Positions 1 to 10,169 of a stretch of DNA of 64,000 nucleotides are shown piece after piece. The position numbers and the translations under genes were made by a program. The notes under the pieces were generated by a model. The model had not been told where the DNA came from. It did not search any database and worked only from the letters and a program-made list of their open reading frames with translations. The DNA is taken from assembly GCF_018350175.1 (NCBI RefSeq), contig NC_058368.1:108998001-109062000 (forward strand), in the 5' to 3' direction. Each line of letters starts with the position of its first letter. Position 1 is the first letter of the stretch. This DNA is from Felis catus. Lineage: Eukaryota.

Positions 1-400
1 GGCGGGAGCCGCTATCTGCGCCCTTCATGCCGCCGGCCGCTCGCCGCACGTACGCCGCGCCCGCCTCCCCTCGCCCCGCTCCACCTGCGGGACTCGGCCC
101 TCCCTCCTTCCCAGTCCCTCGGCGGCTGCAGAAGGGCCAGCGACCCGATCCTGGCGCCGAGGAGGTGGGGGGCGCCCCCCAACCCGGACGGACTTCCCCC
201 GCTGGGCTCCCGCCCTTCTCCTCAGTGGTCCTGCTGGGCGCACGGGCTCCTGCTGCCCGCCCACCCCGCCCCCATCATCACCACCCTCAGGTTGGGGAGG
301 AGGGGGGACACGCGGGTCCGGGCCAGGCAGGCTATCGGGGAAGCGGACGGACCAGTGGAGAAGACCTTGAAGAAAACGAGGGACCCGGGGTCCACCCACA
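1..400 (-). promoter_or_regulatory. P4HA2: CpG island, inferred P4HA2 promoter / non-coding first-exon region (gene body lies left of the window)
   Basis: Very GC- and CpG-rich, with GC boxes and a TACGTG HIF core on the minus strand at 47-52. Identity rests on synteny (P4HA2 is divergent from PDLIM4); no P4HA2 coding sequence is in the window. Confidence 0.6.
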
Positions 401-999
401 GGGCCAAGCTCCCAAAGGGATTCAGCCTATCCCCAGCTCCTGTGTCAAGCATCCTCCTGGTGACTTACCTGTGGGTGATGGGTTGATGACAAGGGGACCA
501 ATGAAAGACTGAGGTGGCTGGGATGGCATATTGGGGCCAATTCTTGGTTTGCCCAAACCCCTTCATACAACAGGGACCCAAAACAGTGGACACCTCATTT
601 ACCTAGTCCCGTCTGGGAAGGAATGAGGGCTGGGATGCGGCAAATCTCAGCCTGAGTCCGAGGAGGCCCTGGCGGACAAGCAGGTTCCCACGCCTGCTCT
701 GTAAACCTTCCTGGTCATGAATGAGGGGAAACACGGTCTGAGAATCTCATCAGGGAGCTAGCCCAGAGTGGGAGGTACCCAGCCTCCCCGCCCAGGCTGT
801 GTGGGGATATTCCCTATGGCACTCTGTCCAGGCTGGCAGCCCAGACCTGGGGAAGGCACGAGCACACACATAGAACTACACATAAAATACGGAACAAGCC
901 ACTGTTCCGGCCTGCGTCAGCAGCCAGCCAGAGCCTAGCTAAAACCAAACAGAAACCTTCCTGCATCTGCTACATCCTGTTATGCCACAGGAGCCCCCC

Positions 1000-2410
1000 T
1001 CTATCCAGATTCGCCCATCCTCTCCCTGCTCTCAGGAGCTTGCCCTGTGGATCATGCCTTCTCTCTCCTGAGTGTTCAGCCCCTCCATTTCAACTGAATC
1101 CTTCCCTTGACCTATAAGTAGGTGTAACCCTTTACTGTGGAAACAAAACCCTCATTCGACTCCACCAGCTACTGCAGTGTCTTCTCAACTCCAGCAAAAT
1201 ACCTGAAAACAGTGGTGTTTCAATCCTTGTCCTCACTTCTCCCCCCCCCGCCCCCTCCCCCAGGCTCTTACAGCAGGCCTTCTGGTATCCTTACAACACC
1301 AAACCAGGTCCCAATAAACTCTATAACTTCCAAGTCTCAGAATTCAATAGTCTATCTTCAGTTCTCATCTGCCAAAGCCCCCAGCCACATTTGACTCCCC
1401 TGCAGTGTCTAACCACTGCCTCCTTGGAACACTTGTTTCCCTTGGTTTCCACCACCCTCTCTGGCCACCACCGCCCCATCTTCTAACCTCCCAGTACATC
1501 TTCCTCTCCCCCTCTCCTCATTAGTCCCTAAAGTTTGGGGGGGTCCTCAAAGCTCAGATCTATGTACCCTACTTTCCTCCTCTCTAATTTCTTCCTTTAC
1601 ACAGGTGACTCACTTCTCTACACTTGCCCTGAATCCCAAGCTCCAGACTCCTATAACTACCTGCTGAGTCTATGTCTCCAAAGGAGTGTCCACAGGCACT
1701 TCATTCACAACCTGCCCAATACTGAATCCCAGCTCTCTCCCTTCTCCTTTTCACACCACCCACATTCTAATTCCCTGCTTCACTGAAAGAGCCACCCTCC
1801 ACTGAGTACCTAACCAGAAGCCTGGGAATCACATCTCCCTCTGCCTTGCCCCCAGACGTTATCTTTCCAGGTCTCATGTCCATTCACTTTGGCCACCTAA
1901 ATCTCTCTTCAATCCATCCACACTGCAGCTACAACAATCACCTCAAAATTCAGGTCTGAACCCATCACTCTCAGCTTAGTAAATGACATTGTTCTTAAGA
2001 AAAATCCCAAAGGTGGTCTGTAAGGCCCCACATGGTTTTGCCCCTGCTCACTTCTCTAGTCACACTGACCTTCCTCCCATCCCTCTAACTGACCATTCTC
2101 TCCTCACCACACTACCAGGCCTTTGCACATGCTTTTCTTTTTGTCTAGAAAAATTTCCCTCCTCTCCAATTCAATCTTTCACATCCCCTTAGAGGGATTT
2201 GCCTCACATCCCTAAAAACCTCCTTTAACAGCCTCTCGTGCTCTGAGCACTTTGTAACACTTGCCACAGTTGATATAATTGAATGATTGTTTAATGTCTG
2301 TCTCCCCACTGGCCCAGGGCCTCCAGGAGAACACAAACTGTATATTTTTGCCCATTACCATATTCTCAGCTCCATTCAAAGAACTGGGCTCAATAAATAT
2401 TTGCTGACTA
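1000..2410 (+). mobile_element. Ancient LINE-2 fragment
   Basis: C/T-rich L2-like body ending in the typical L2 3' tail (ctcaataaatatttgctga, about 2389-2407); boundaries approximate. Confidence 0.65.
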
Positions 2411-2519
2411 TACGAAGGGATGGGTGTCTTCTTAATGCCTTGCTCCATCACACACCAGTAGTGAAAGGTCTGGCCAAATCCTCCACAGGGTGTTAGAGTC
2501 CTGGACCCCACTCATTCTT

Positions 2520-2701
2520 CATTCCTTATAAAGATACTTGGTACTGAATTTAGGGCCCACCTAGGTAATCAAGATGATCTCACCTCATGATTCTTAACTT
2601 AATTACATCTGTCGAGTTTTTCTAAATAAGTTCGTACTCACAGGGTCCAGGTATTAGGACATGGTCATATCTTTTTAGGGGCCACCATTCAACCCACTGC
2701 A
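2520..2701 (-). mobile_element. MaLR (MLT1-type) LTR fragment
   Basis: Motifs ttagggcccacc, cttaacttaattacatctg and accattcaacccactgca match the reverse complement of an MLT1 5' end as recalled. Confidence 0.65.
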
Positions 2702-3060
2702 TCTGACATTCTCTCATGCCCTCCAGGGACTACTGGCTGTGGGGTAAATCCATGACTCTCAGTTCTGAATCTCTAGCCCAGGCCCCCTCCAGACTCACAT
2801 AGCCTTTTATTTGCAGCCACTTAATAGGTGAATTATCTCCCCACACACTACCCATACCCCTGAACTGTTTCCGCTCCAGCATTTTCTATATCTCAGGAAA
2901 TGAAATGAACACCTTCCAGTCATTTCTATTTTCTGCCCCCCCCCCACATTCCCCCATTACAGATGTTACCTGGGGGACTAGACTTGTCTGCCCACCACCA
3001 CCATCCCAAGGGAAGGACCTAGTGTCTCTCCAGAAGGGATGTCAAAAATATTCACGCTGT

Positions 3061-3272
3061 GGGGCACCTGGGTGGCTCAGTCACTTAAGCATCCAACCTG
3101 AGTTCAAGTCATGATTTCGCAGTTCATGAATTCAAGCCCCACATCAGGCTCTGTGCTAACAGCTCAGAGCCTGGAGCCTACTTCGGATTCTGTGTCTCCC
3201 TTTCTCTCTGCCCCTCCCCCACTCATACTCTGTCTCTCTCTCAAAAATAAACATTAAACATTTTTTTAAAAA
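3061..3272 (+). mobile_element. Can-SINE (felid SINEC_Fc type)
   Basis: ggggcacctgggtggctcagt head, (CT)n tract, aataaa/A-rich tail. Confidence 0.95.
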
Positions 3273-3448
3273 ACCCATGCTGGGTAGATAGGTAACTGGA
3301 TGACCGGTGTGTGGATGCACTGCTTCCCTCTAAACAGAGGCCTCCTCAGCCTGCCCCTGACCTCCCCCATTTACCTGTGATCGCTGGGTAAAGTGATGGG
3401 GGTAGGCTCCACTGCTTGGCGCTGAGGTCTCACTGATGACTCTTGCAG

Positions 3449-3804
3449 ACCCTGGCAACCACCACAGCAACTGTGGTGGCCTGGCCAGGATTTATGAGCA
3501 CCTGATCCTTCCATAAAATTCCCCAGAGCGGGGGCTCCCAGGGTCAACCAATGCTTCACAAAGGGTACTGCGTATGTTGATACACATCTGTGCATTGCAG
3601 CACATTCAGCAGACAGCTGTCCACTGGTTTCTGAGACCACCACCCTCCACACTCCAAGTTCTTACCTTCAGGCAACTGAGGAAAGACTGGGTGTGTCCCA
3701 ATTGACCAGTACTTGACTCAAGGTCAACTACAGGAGGCTGGAGGTGCAGCTTAAGTGGGGCCACCTAGTGGTGGCCCTACGGCTTCAGAAATAGGGCCTC
3801 CCAG
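3449..3804 (+). pseudogene. CARF-like pseudogene, candidate exon A (frameshifts and stops)
   Basis: Acceptor tcttgcag before 3449, weak donor cag|gtagtc at 3805. Frameshifted translation: KGYCV (3560-3574), HIQQTAVHWFLRPPPS (3601-3648), KTGCVPID (3683-3706), LKVNYRRLEVQLKWG (3717-3761). These are colinear with recalled CARF RGYCV, HKQQTQSVWGTRQSPS, KSQYVPYD and VNAGSRAVVMECQYG. Confidence 0.65.
3757..3775 (-). promoter_or_regulatory. Candidate CTCF site
   Basis: Minus strand reads CCACTAGGTGGCC, fitting the CC-A-C-Y-AG-R-K-GGC core. Confidence 0.5.
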
Positions 3805-4740
3805 GTAGTCTGGTGCACATCCAGCTCGGTGTATGACCCTGGAAAAGGGAAAAAGAATCTGGCAGAATCGCCGGGACTCTGTGGCCTGCCCTGGACAGGG
3901 CCAAGTAGATCCCCAGAAACTACTCCCCAAATCTCTGAGTCCTTTCGGTGCATGCAAAAAATAAGACTGGCCCCATAGAATGTCCCCTCCCAGCTCCCTC
4001 TCCCATGGACCCCTGCAGCTGAAAACAGCAGAGCCAGCACAAGCCGGGCTGTCATTACAGGGTGGAGAGAAGCATCCCAGGGCCTTCAGAGCTGTAATTA
4101 CCCAGCAGGTCTAGGGCAGGCCCTTATGATAGAGACAGCAGGCTTCGACTTCGGCTTCTCTCCTCACTGTACCCTCCTTTCTTCTATCTTTGGCAAGAAG
4201 CTTCAGCTAGTGTAAATGCCCGGAGGGCCAGGAGTTAGCTAGGTACGGTGCTTACAAATCCTGATATCTTGATATATAGAGATAAAGCACACTTTTCGAA
4301 GTTATTATTATTGTAACACAGAAGCCCCTCATTCCTCACCCCCCAGCCTTGAGTCCAAATGGAGACTGTGTGGACATTAGGGATGAGTGAGGATGAGGTG
4401 AGGGGTGGGATACCTATTGGACACCTGAATTAACTACTGACTAAAAGGCTGAAAGTTCAGTAGTTTTGCTATTTTTTTAGGCCTTGTCAAAATGTCAGGA
4501 AGTCAGTTGAGCAGAAGGTAGGGAGAAATGAAAGGTGAGGCTGCAGAAGTCTCAGGGGCAGATCACCTGGGTGGAGCATTTTGGGGTTAGGAAAAGCACC
4601 CTGGCTGTCTGTTGTGGAGGAGGGAGGAGGAGGAGCAGAGCCTGAAGGTGATAGGGAGGGAGCTGGTGCAGAGTCTAGATGACAGTTGATGGTGACCTGA
4701 GCTGACAAGTGGCAATGCATACAGGGAGAAGTGGGCAGAC

Positions 4741-4964
4741 TTTTTTTAATGTTTATTTATTTATGAGAGAGACAGAGAGACAGAGAGACAGAGAGAGAGA
4801 TGGCATGAGTAGGGCAGGGGCAGAGAGAGAGGGAGACAGAGGATCCCAAAGCAGTCTCTGCCCTGACAGCAGCGAGCCCGATGCCGAGCTTGAACTGAGG
4901 AACTGTGAGATCATGACTAGAACCAAAGTCAGGCGCTCAAACAACTGAGCCACCCAGGCACCCC
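4741..4964 (-). mobile_element. Can-SINE
   Basis: Reverse-complement head (gagccacccaggcacccc), (GA)n tract, poly-T; gaagtggg on both flanks. Confidence 0.95.
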
Positions 4965-4997
4965 AAGAAGTGGGTAAATTTAAGAATTATAAAGAGA

Positions 4998-5218
4998 GGG
5001 GCGCCTGGGTGGTTCAGTCACTTAAGCCTCCGACTCTTAATTTAGGCTCAGGTCATGATCCCACGGTTCATGAATTCAAGCCCTGTGTCAGGCTTTGCCC
5101 TGACAGCATGGAGCCTGCTTGGGATCCTCTCTCTCTCTTCTCTCTCTCTCTCTCTGTCCCTCCCTTGCTTGTACACACACTCTCTCTCTCAAAATAAATA
5201 AATAAACATTAACAAAAA
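4998..5218 (+). mobile_element. Can-SINE
   Basis: gggcgcctgggtggttcagt head; flanking duplication attataaagag. Confidence 0.95.
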
Positions 5219-5396
5219 GCATTATAAAGAGGTAAAATACAAAGGGCTGTGTACATTCGCTCATTTATTTATTCAACAAACATTTATTAAATGTTCTGCA
5301 CCCTACTCTGAGCTCCTTTTTGGGGATGAGGACCTGCTTCTCATCCAGAGTGAGGTGAAGGCTTTTCACCCTTGGCTTGCTCTCCTCTGCTTTCAG

Positions 5397-5467
5397 AACA
5401 GGCCCTGCTGAAGGGAATCAGCGGCACCCCCAGACAACACAAGAATAGGGAGCAACTTGGCTGCCCA
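5397..5467 (+). pseudogene. CARF-like pseudogene, candidate exon B (71 nt)
   Basis: Pyrimidine tract ctctcctctgctttcag, donor cca|gtaaga. Open frame (E)QALLKGISGTPRQHKNREQLGCP, phase 1 in and phase 0 out, ending in CP like CARF KATCP. Confidence 0.55.
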
Positions 5468-6271
5468 GTAAGAACACCAGCACACTTTGAGGTTGCAGAC
5501 TGACATGGAATCTTAATCACAATGTCTGAATTCCTTAATCGCCAGACTCCTTCCACCATAAGGAAACCACCCATTTAATGATGGTTTCAACACTAACACA
5601 CTAATGCCGCCCTTCCCCTCCCTGTTCCTTTTATCCCCGCCCCCCTTATTTTTCAATGCATGCATTGTTATAGTGATAGATGTTTGTAAGCACCTTATAT
5701 CCTTTTTGGAGTGAGATGGGTGTCAGTGAATCCACCTGTGAGTCGCCCTATCTCAGTCTAGTTGGGCAAATTCTGTACTGCATAAGTCTGGGGCTCCCTT
5801 TGCATCATAGATGCTATAGATTTGCATAATCATTACAACTTTCCAGTAGATAAAAAATAAAGTGAAATGAAAAGGGGTATCCTTTGCTAATATGCACAAA
5901 ATCACCATATGCTTTTGTACATCTACTTCCATCCATATAATCAATCATAGGAGACAGAGTCACCCATGTGGTTGAGGGCTGCTTATACCTGCCTCAGAGA
6001 CCCCAGCCTCTCCTGTGGGCTCTCTCCTGCTCTCCACTATCCTGCCTGTATCAGGTCTGCTTGTGACTCTGACTCTCCCCCAGTCCCTTGAGTAGACACA
6101 ATCATCCAGACATGTTAAGGAGCCCTCTCTTTTGCCCCTATGGGACACAGCCCAGGACTCTGACCTACCTACCACAGACAGGCCAGAGCACCCGTTCCTT
6201 TAGAGGCCCTGGCTAGCTGACACATCACACATATTCTAACGCACCTGTATCCCACATAAGTGCATTCTACC

Positions 6272-6299
6272 TTTTTATGTTTTAAGTTTATGCATTTAT

Positions 6300-6346
<47 letters not shown>

Positions 6347-6532
6347 ATGAGTAGGGGAGGGACAGAAAGAGTAAGAATGATAGAGAGAGAGAGAGGGAGA
6401 GAGAATCCCAAGCAGGCTCCACACTGTCAGCACAGAGCCCAACTTGGGGCTTGATCCCAAGAAACATGAGATCAACACCAGAGCTGAAAACAAGAGTTGG
6501 TCACTTAACCAACTGAGCCACCCAGGCACCCC
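6272..6532 (-). mobile_element. Can-SINE with expanded (GA)n tract
   Basis: Reverse-complement head at 6532; about 21 GA units at 6303-6345. Confidence 0.95.
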
Positions 6533-6740
6533 CAGCATGAGTACATTTTGTACTTACCCAGCAGGGACATGGCTAAGCCACAGTGAACTGGTTTCTATGA
6601 CACACTACTACATTTGCTAGCACTTAGTATTTATATTTTCTTTTTTGTAGTTTTCCACATTTTTTTCTGTCTCCAACATTTGCATGAACCTATGAGATGC
6701 TTGATGATCCTTGTGCCTCTCGCATATAAAACACACAACA

Positions 6741-6963
6741 GGGGAGCCTGGGTAGTTCAGCCCATTAAGAATCCAACTCTTGATTTCAGCTCAGGTCATG
6801 ATGCCAGGGTTGTGGGATAGAGCCCTGCATTGGGCTCTGTGCTGAGCATGGAGCCTGCTTGGGATTTTCTCTCTCTCTCCCTCTGCCCCTCCCCTGCTCC
6901 AGAGTGCTCGCTCTCTCTCTCTCTCTCTCTCTCTCAAATAAAAAATAAACATTAAAAAAAAAA
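6741..6963 (+). mobile_element. Can-SINE
   Basis: ggggagcctgggtagttcag head, CT tract, A tail. Confidence 0.93.
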
Positions 6964-7204
6964 ACACAACCTGGCCACAGCTTTTGGTGGGAAGGTCTTT
7001 ACCCACTAGACACACAGGCACACACACACACACACACACACAGGAATGTGCATGCATGCACAAGCTGTGGAACTTGGCCTCTCACATAAGGACAACATCC
7101 TGTGCTCTGTACTCTGGCTCTGCCCATAACCTTGACTCTGACTCAGAACCTGATGTTGACTTTGAACAAGAATCTGACCTTATCCCTGATCCTGAACCAG
7201 CCAG

Positions 7205-7307
7205 GTACGGCTTGGAATCAGGAAGATGTCCACCTCCATCATCTGCAGGTATCAGATCCCAAAGGAGAACAGGAATGGCTTGGACAAGGAGTCTCCCTGG
7301 TTGAAGA
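7205..7307 (+). pseudogene. CARF-like pseudogene, candidate exon C
   Basis: ccag acceptor, aga|gtaagt donor at 7308. Open frame with G/C-rich third positions: VRLGIRKMSTSIICRYQIPKENRNGLDKESPWLK, versus recalled CARF ARIYIKKVQKFPEYRVP. Confidence 0.6.
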
Positions 7308-7420
7308 GTAAGTAATCCAGGTGGTGAAGGTGGAAAGCTGGCTTTCCCACAATGGCAGGACCATCAGACACTCTGGAGCTTCAGTGGTCTTAGAGGTAAA
7401 CTGTTCTCTCACCCCAACAG

Positions 7421-7730
7421 CTCAAGGCCAGGCTGTTCCCCGACCCTCAACAAGATCTGGGATTTTCTCTGTGCTCCATCCTGGGACAGCAGCAGTTATC
7501 TGCGTGCCCAGGCAGAGACACACGGAGCCTCAAAACCCTTTGGGGAAATTCTGCTGCTCTGGTCCTGCCCAGAGAGTGCCATCTGCAAAAATGAGGATGG
7601 CCAGCAGAGGGTGCCTGGAGCCCACCATGGGACACCCAGTTAGAGAAGCAGTTAGTCTCAGTCTCTACAAAAAGCCCCTCAGGGCCTGATCCAGTGCCCT
7701 ATCCCTCCAAACAAGGTTTAACTAGGACCC
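7421..7730 (+). pseudogene. CARF-like pseudogene, candidate exon D (3' end uncertain)
   Basis: Acceptor ctgttctctcaccccaacag. Frameshifted pieces LKARL, KMRMASRG (7588-7611), VREAVSLSLY (7639-7668) and YPSKQ (7700-7714) are colinear with recalled CARF LKKNL, KIQELVSQG, LRKFVERELF and FPTVND. Confidence 0.55.
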
Positions 7731-7802
7731 TTGCTTAGAGCTACATATATAAGCATGAGCAACTGGGATAGATACAGCTGTTTTCATAAAGAATGACCAA
7801 TG

Positions 7803-7821
7803 CTATGACCCCTAGTGGCGG
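7803..7821 (-). promoter_or_regulatory. Candidate CTCF site
   Basis: Minus strand reads CGCCACTAGGGGTCA. Confidence 0.5.
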
Positions 7822-7916
7822 GAAAGGCAGGAAGGATGTTGGGAGGGTCCCAAACCCCTTGCTTAGCCACGTTGTGACCAGAGCCCTTCAGAGCCAGTTA
7901 ACTAACAGCTTTACAG

Positions 7917-8000
7917 GAAACTCAAGGCATAGGAGCCAGTAGACCTAAAGAAAAACCAAAGGCTAGTAGCATAATGAAGTTAGATAAGGAGACGTGGGAG
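7917..8000 (+). pseudogene. Possible further exon of the CARF-like pseudogene (84 nt, phase 0-0)
   Basis: actaac branch-like motif, ttacag acceptor, gag|gtgact donor, open frame ETQGIGASRPKEKPKASSIMKLDKETWE; no homology recognised. Confidence 0.3.
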
Positions 8001-8266
8001 GTGACTGACGGGACTCTGGACATACCTACAATATTCCGGCTTCTGTTGAAATGAGCCCTCCGAGGAGAGGAGCTAGAGAAGTAGGAATGGGCAGTCTGTA
8101 TCTGGGTTCCTCTGATGCCCTAAGGGGCTTCTGTGATTGGGCAGTACACATGGAGCACTTTCCCTGTACCAAGTGTAACTAACACTTGACAGACTTGCAC
8201 AACTTGTGCTTGCCCCTTCAGATCTGTCTCTCTCTCCTCCTCGCCCCTGCTCTGTGCTCCTGGCAG

Positions 8267-8428
8267 CTGACCTACGTGGATGACATCAAGAGGTTCTCCT
8301 GCCCTGAGACTTCTAGTTGGGTCCAACCAATGGGAGTACCAAGGAAAGATCAGCCAGAGGGAGGAAATGGACTTTTGGGAAGTTGCCTGCAGCCTACACT
8401 CATGAGCCTGGCCCAGCAACCTGTCTAA
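8267..8428 (+). pseudogene. Possible terminal exon of the CARF-like pseudogene
   Basis: Long pyrimidine tract plus ggcag acceptor; open frame LTYVDDIKRFSCPE... to TAA at 8426-8428; no homology recognised. Confidence 0.3.
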
Positions 8429-9033
8429 CCTCAGGATTGTCTTGGAGCTGCCCTAGCCATGCTAAGGAACAGCCACGCCCATCTGCTCCAGAAGGGCTTC
8501 CAACACTAGGTCGCTCAGCCTGAGTCCTCAGAAGCCCTACATCCTCACTCACCCATGTTGAGTCAGTCAAACATTTGCTGGCACCCCCTCTGGGCCAGTG
8601 CTGGGTGCTCAGGAACACAGACACAGACATAAGTCTGATAAAGGCCCTGCCCCTACAGATCTTATGGGGGAGAACAGGGAGCTGGGACTCAGATAGGGAA
8701 ACTGACAGTGAGCCCCTGGGCTGAGGGAGTCTGCAAAAGGGGCATGTCACTTGCTGAGTGGTCAGGTGAGGAAGATAGGGTGTGGGTCTCCCCAGGTACT
8801 CAGCCAAGGGGAAGGCTGGGTGTTCAGAAGACAGAAGGAGCAAAGACTGGGGTGAAGGAATGGTTAATTCACATGGCAGCCTATGGTGGCCAGGCAGGGT
8901 ATCATTCCACCCACTAGCAAGTCAGTATCCCCTGCTTAAACTTCACAGATCCCACTAGCAAGGGCGGGGGGCGGGGGGGGATGACATAGGAAGCCAGTGC
9001 CACTTTAAACTTTTATTTAAAAACTTACTTATT

Positions 9034-9279
9034 GGGGCACCTGGGTGGCTCAGTTGGTTGGGTGTCTACCTCTTGATTTCGGCTCAGGTCATGCTCTTGA
9101 AATCGTGGGATTGAGCCCCACGTCAGACTCCACACTGACAGCATGGAGGCTGCTTAGGATTCTCTCTCTCCCTCTTTTCCTCCCCTGCTCTCGTGTACTT
9201 ACTCTCTCTCAAAATAAATAAATAAACATTAAAAAGTAATAAATAAAAAACAATAAAAAATAAAATAAAAAAGTAAAAA
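9034..9279 (+). mobile_element. Can-SINE
   Basis: Typical head, CT tract, long A-rich tail. Confidence 0.95.
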
Positions 9280-9287
9280 CTTATTAA

Positions 9288-9384
9288 GGGGCATCTGGCT
9301 GGCTCAGTTGGTAAAGTATACAACTCTTGATCTCAGGGTCATGGGTTCAAGCCCCACACCTGGGTAGAGGTTACTTAAAAAAAA
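9288..9384 (+). mobile_element. Short tRNA-head Can-SINE
   Basis: ggggcatctggctggctcagttggt...gggttcaagcccc...acttaaaaaa, without a CT tract. Confidence 0.85.
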
Positions 9385-9394
9385 TTGTTTTTAA

Positions 9395-10075
9395 CTTACT
9401 TATTAAGATATAATTAGGATATAGTAAACTGTATTTTAATACACAGCTCAGTGTGTTTTACATTCATATAAATTCATGTAACCACCACCTAGATCAATAT
9501 ATAGACTATTTCCCAATACCAGAAGTCTCCCTTATGCCCCGTCAATCAATAAAGCTTGCCAGAGCTGACCACTATTCTTTCTTCTATCAACTTTGACCAT
9601 TTTTTGGTCAGATTTTGAACTTTATGCAATTGGAACTTTACAGTATATACTTTTGTGTCTGTTTCTTATACTCAGCTCTGTGGCTGTGATAGCCATGCAT
9701 CTTGCCATTTGTGACAGTATATCATCCTGTGTCACTGCTATGTAGTATTTTATAGTTTGAATATTTATCCATTCTATGGTTGGTAGACATTTGGGCTGTT
9801 TCCAGTTTTTAATTATTTTACATAAAACTGCTTTTCATATGTTCACACATGTCTTGTAGCAGAAATAAACACTCATTTATGTTGAGTATAATCAAATTCC
9901 AGGAATGGAATTGCTGGGTCATAGGATATGCATATATTTAGCTAGAGTAGCTACTTCCAGTCATTTTTTCTAGATGGTTGCACAAAATTACACTCCCAGC
10001 TGCAATGTATGAAAACTCCAGTTACTTCATATCTTTGCCAATATTTGGTATTGTTAGCCTTTTATTTTTATCCTT
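9395..10075 (-). mobile_element. Old L1 (L1M) 3' region
   Basis: Antisense L1 3' UTR motifs (gacatttgggctgtttccagttttt, ggaattgctgggtcatag). Confidence 0.8.
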
Positions 10076-10092
10076 TGTTTTTTCCTTCTCTC

Positions 10093-10160
10093 CTCTTCTC
10101 TTCTCTTCTCTTCTCTTCTCTTCTCTTCTCTTCTCTTCTCTTCTCTTCTCTTCTCTTCTT
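10093..10160. repeat. (CTTCT)n pentanucleotide microsatellite
   Basis: About 13 perfect units, seen directly. Confidence 0.97.
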
Positions 10161-10169
10161 CTCTCCTAG

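Noticed and set aside
27..512. 161-aa and overlapping ORFs in the left CpG island
   Set aside because: Pro/Gly/Ala-rich frames expected from stop-poor GC-rich DNA; no recognisable domain.
3488..3512. ARIYEHLI resembling CARF N-terminal AQVFEHLI
   Set aside because: Short match and spacing inconsistent with CARF; not counted as evidence.
3777..4055. Minus-strand ORF with a signal-peptide-like start (MTARLVLALLFSAAG)
   Set aside because: No promoter or homology support; antisense to the better-supported CARF-like remnant.
7130..7200. Acidic DSDSEPDVDFEQESD peptide in ORF 6984-7304
   Set aside because: Arises from a degenerate hexamer (cctgac-like) low-complexity tract.
7205..7345. Minus-strand reading LDYLLFNQGD...MMEVDIFL, vaguely P450-like
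   Set aside because: The same periodicity is explained by the plus-strand exon, which has splice sites and CARF similarity; no heme cysteine motif.
8140..8200. HMEHFPCTKC resembling a LIM-domain fragment
   Set aside because: Isolated 10-aa match, other ligands absent, followed by a stop.
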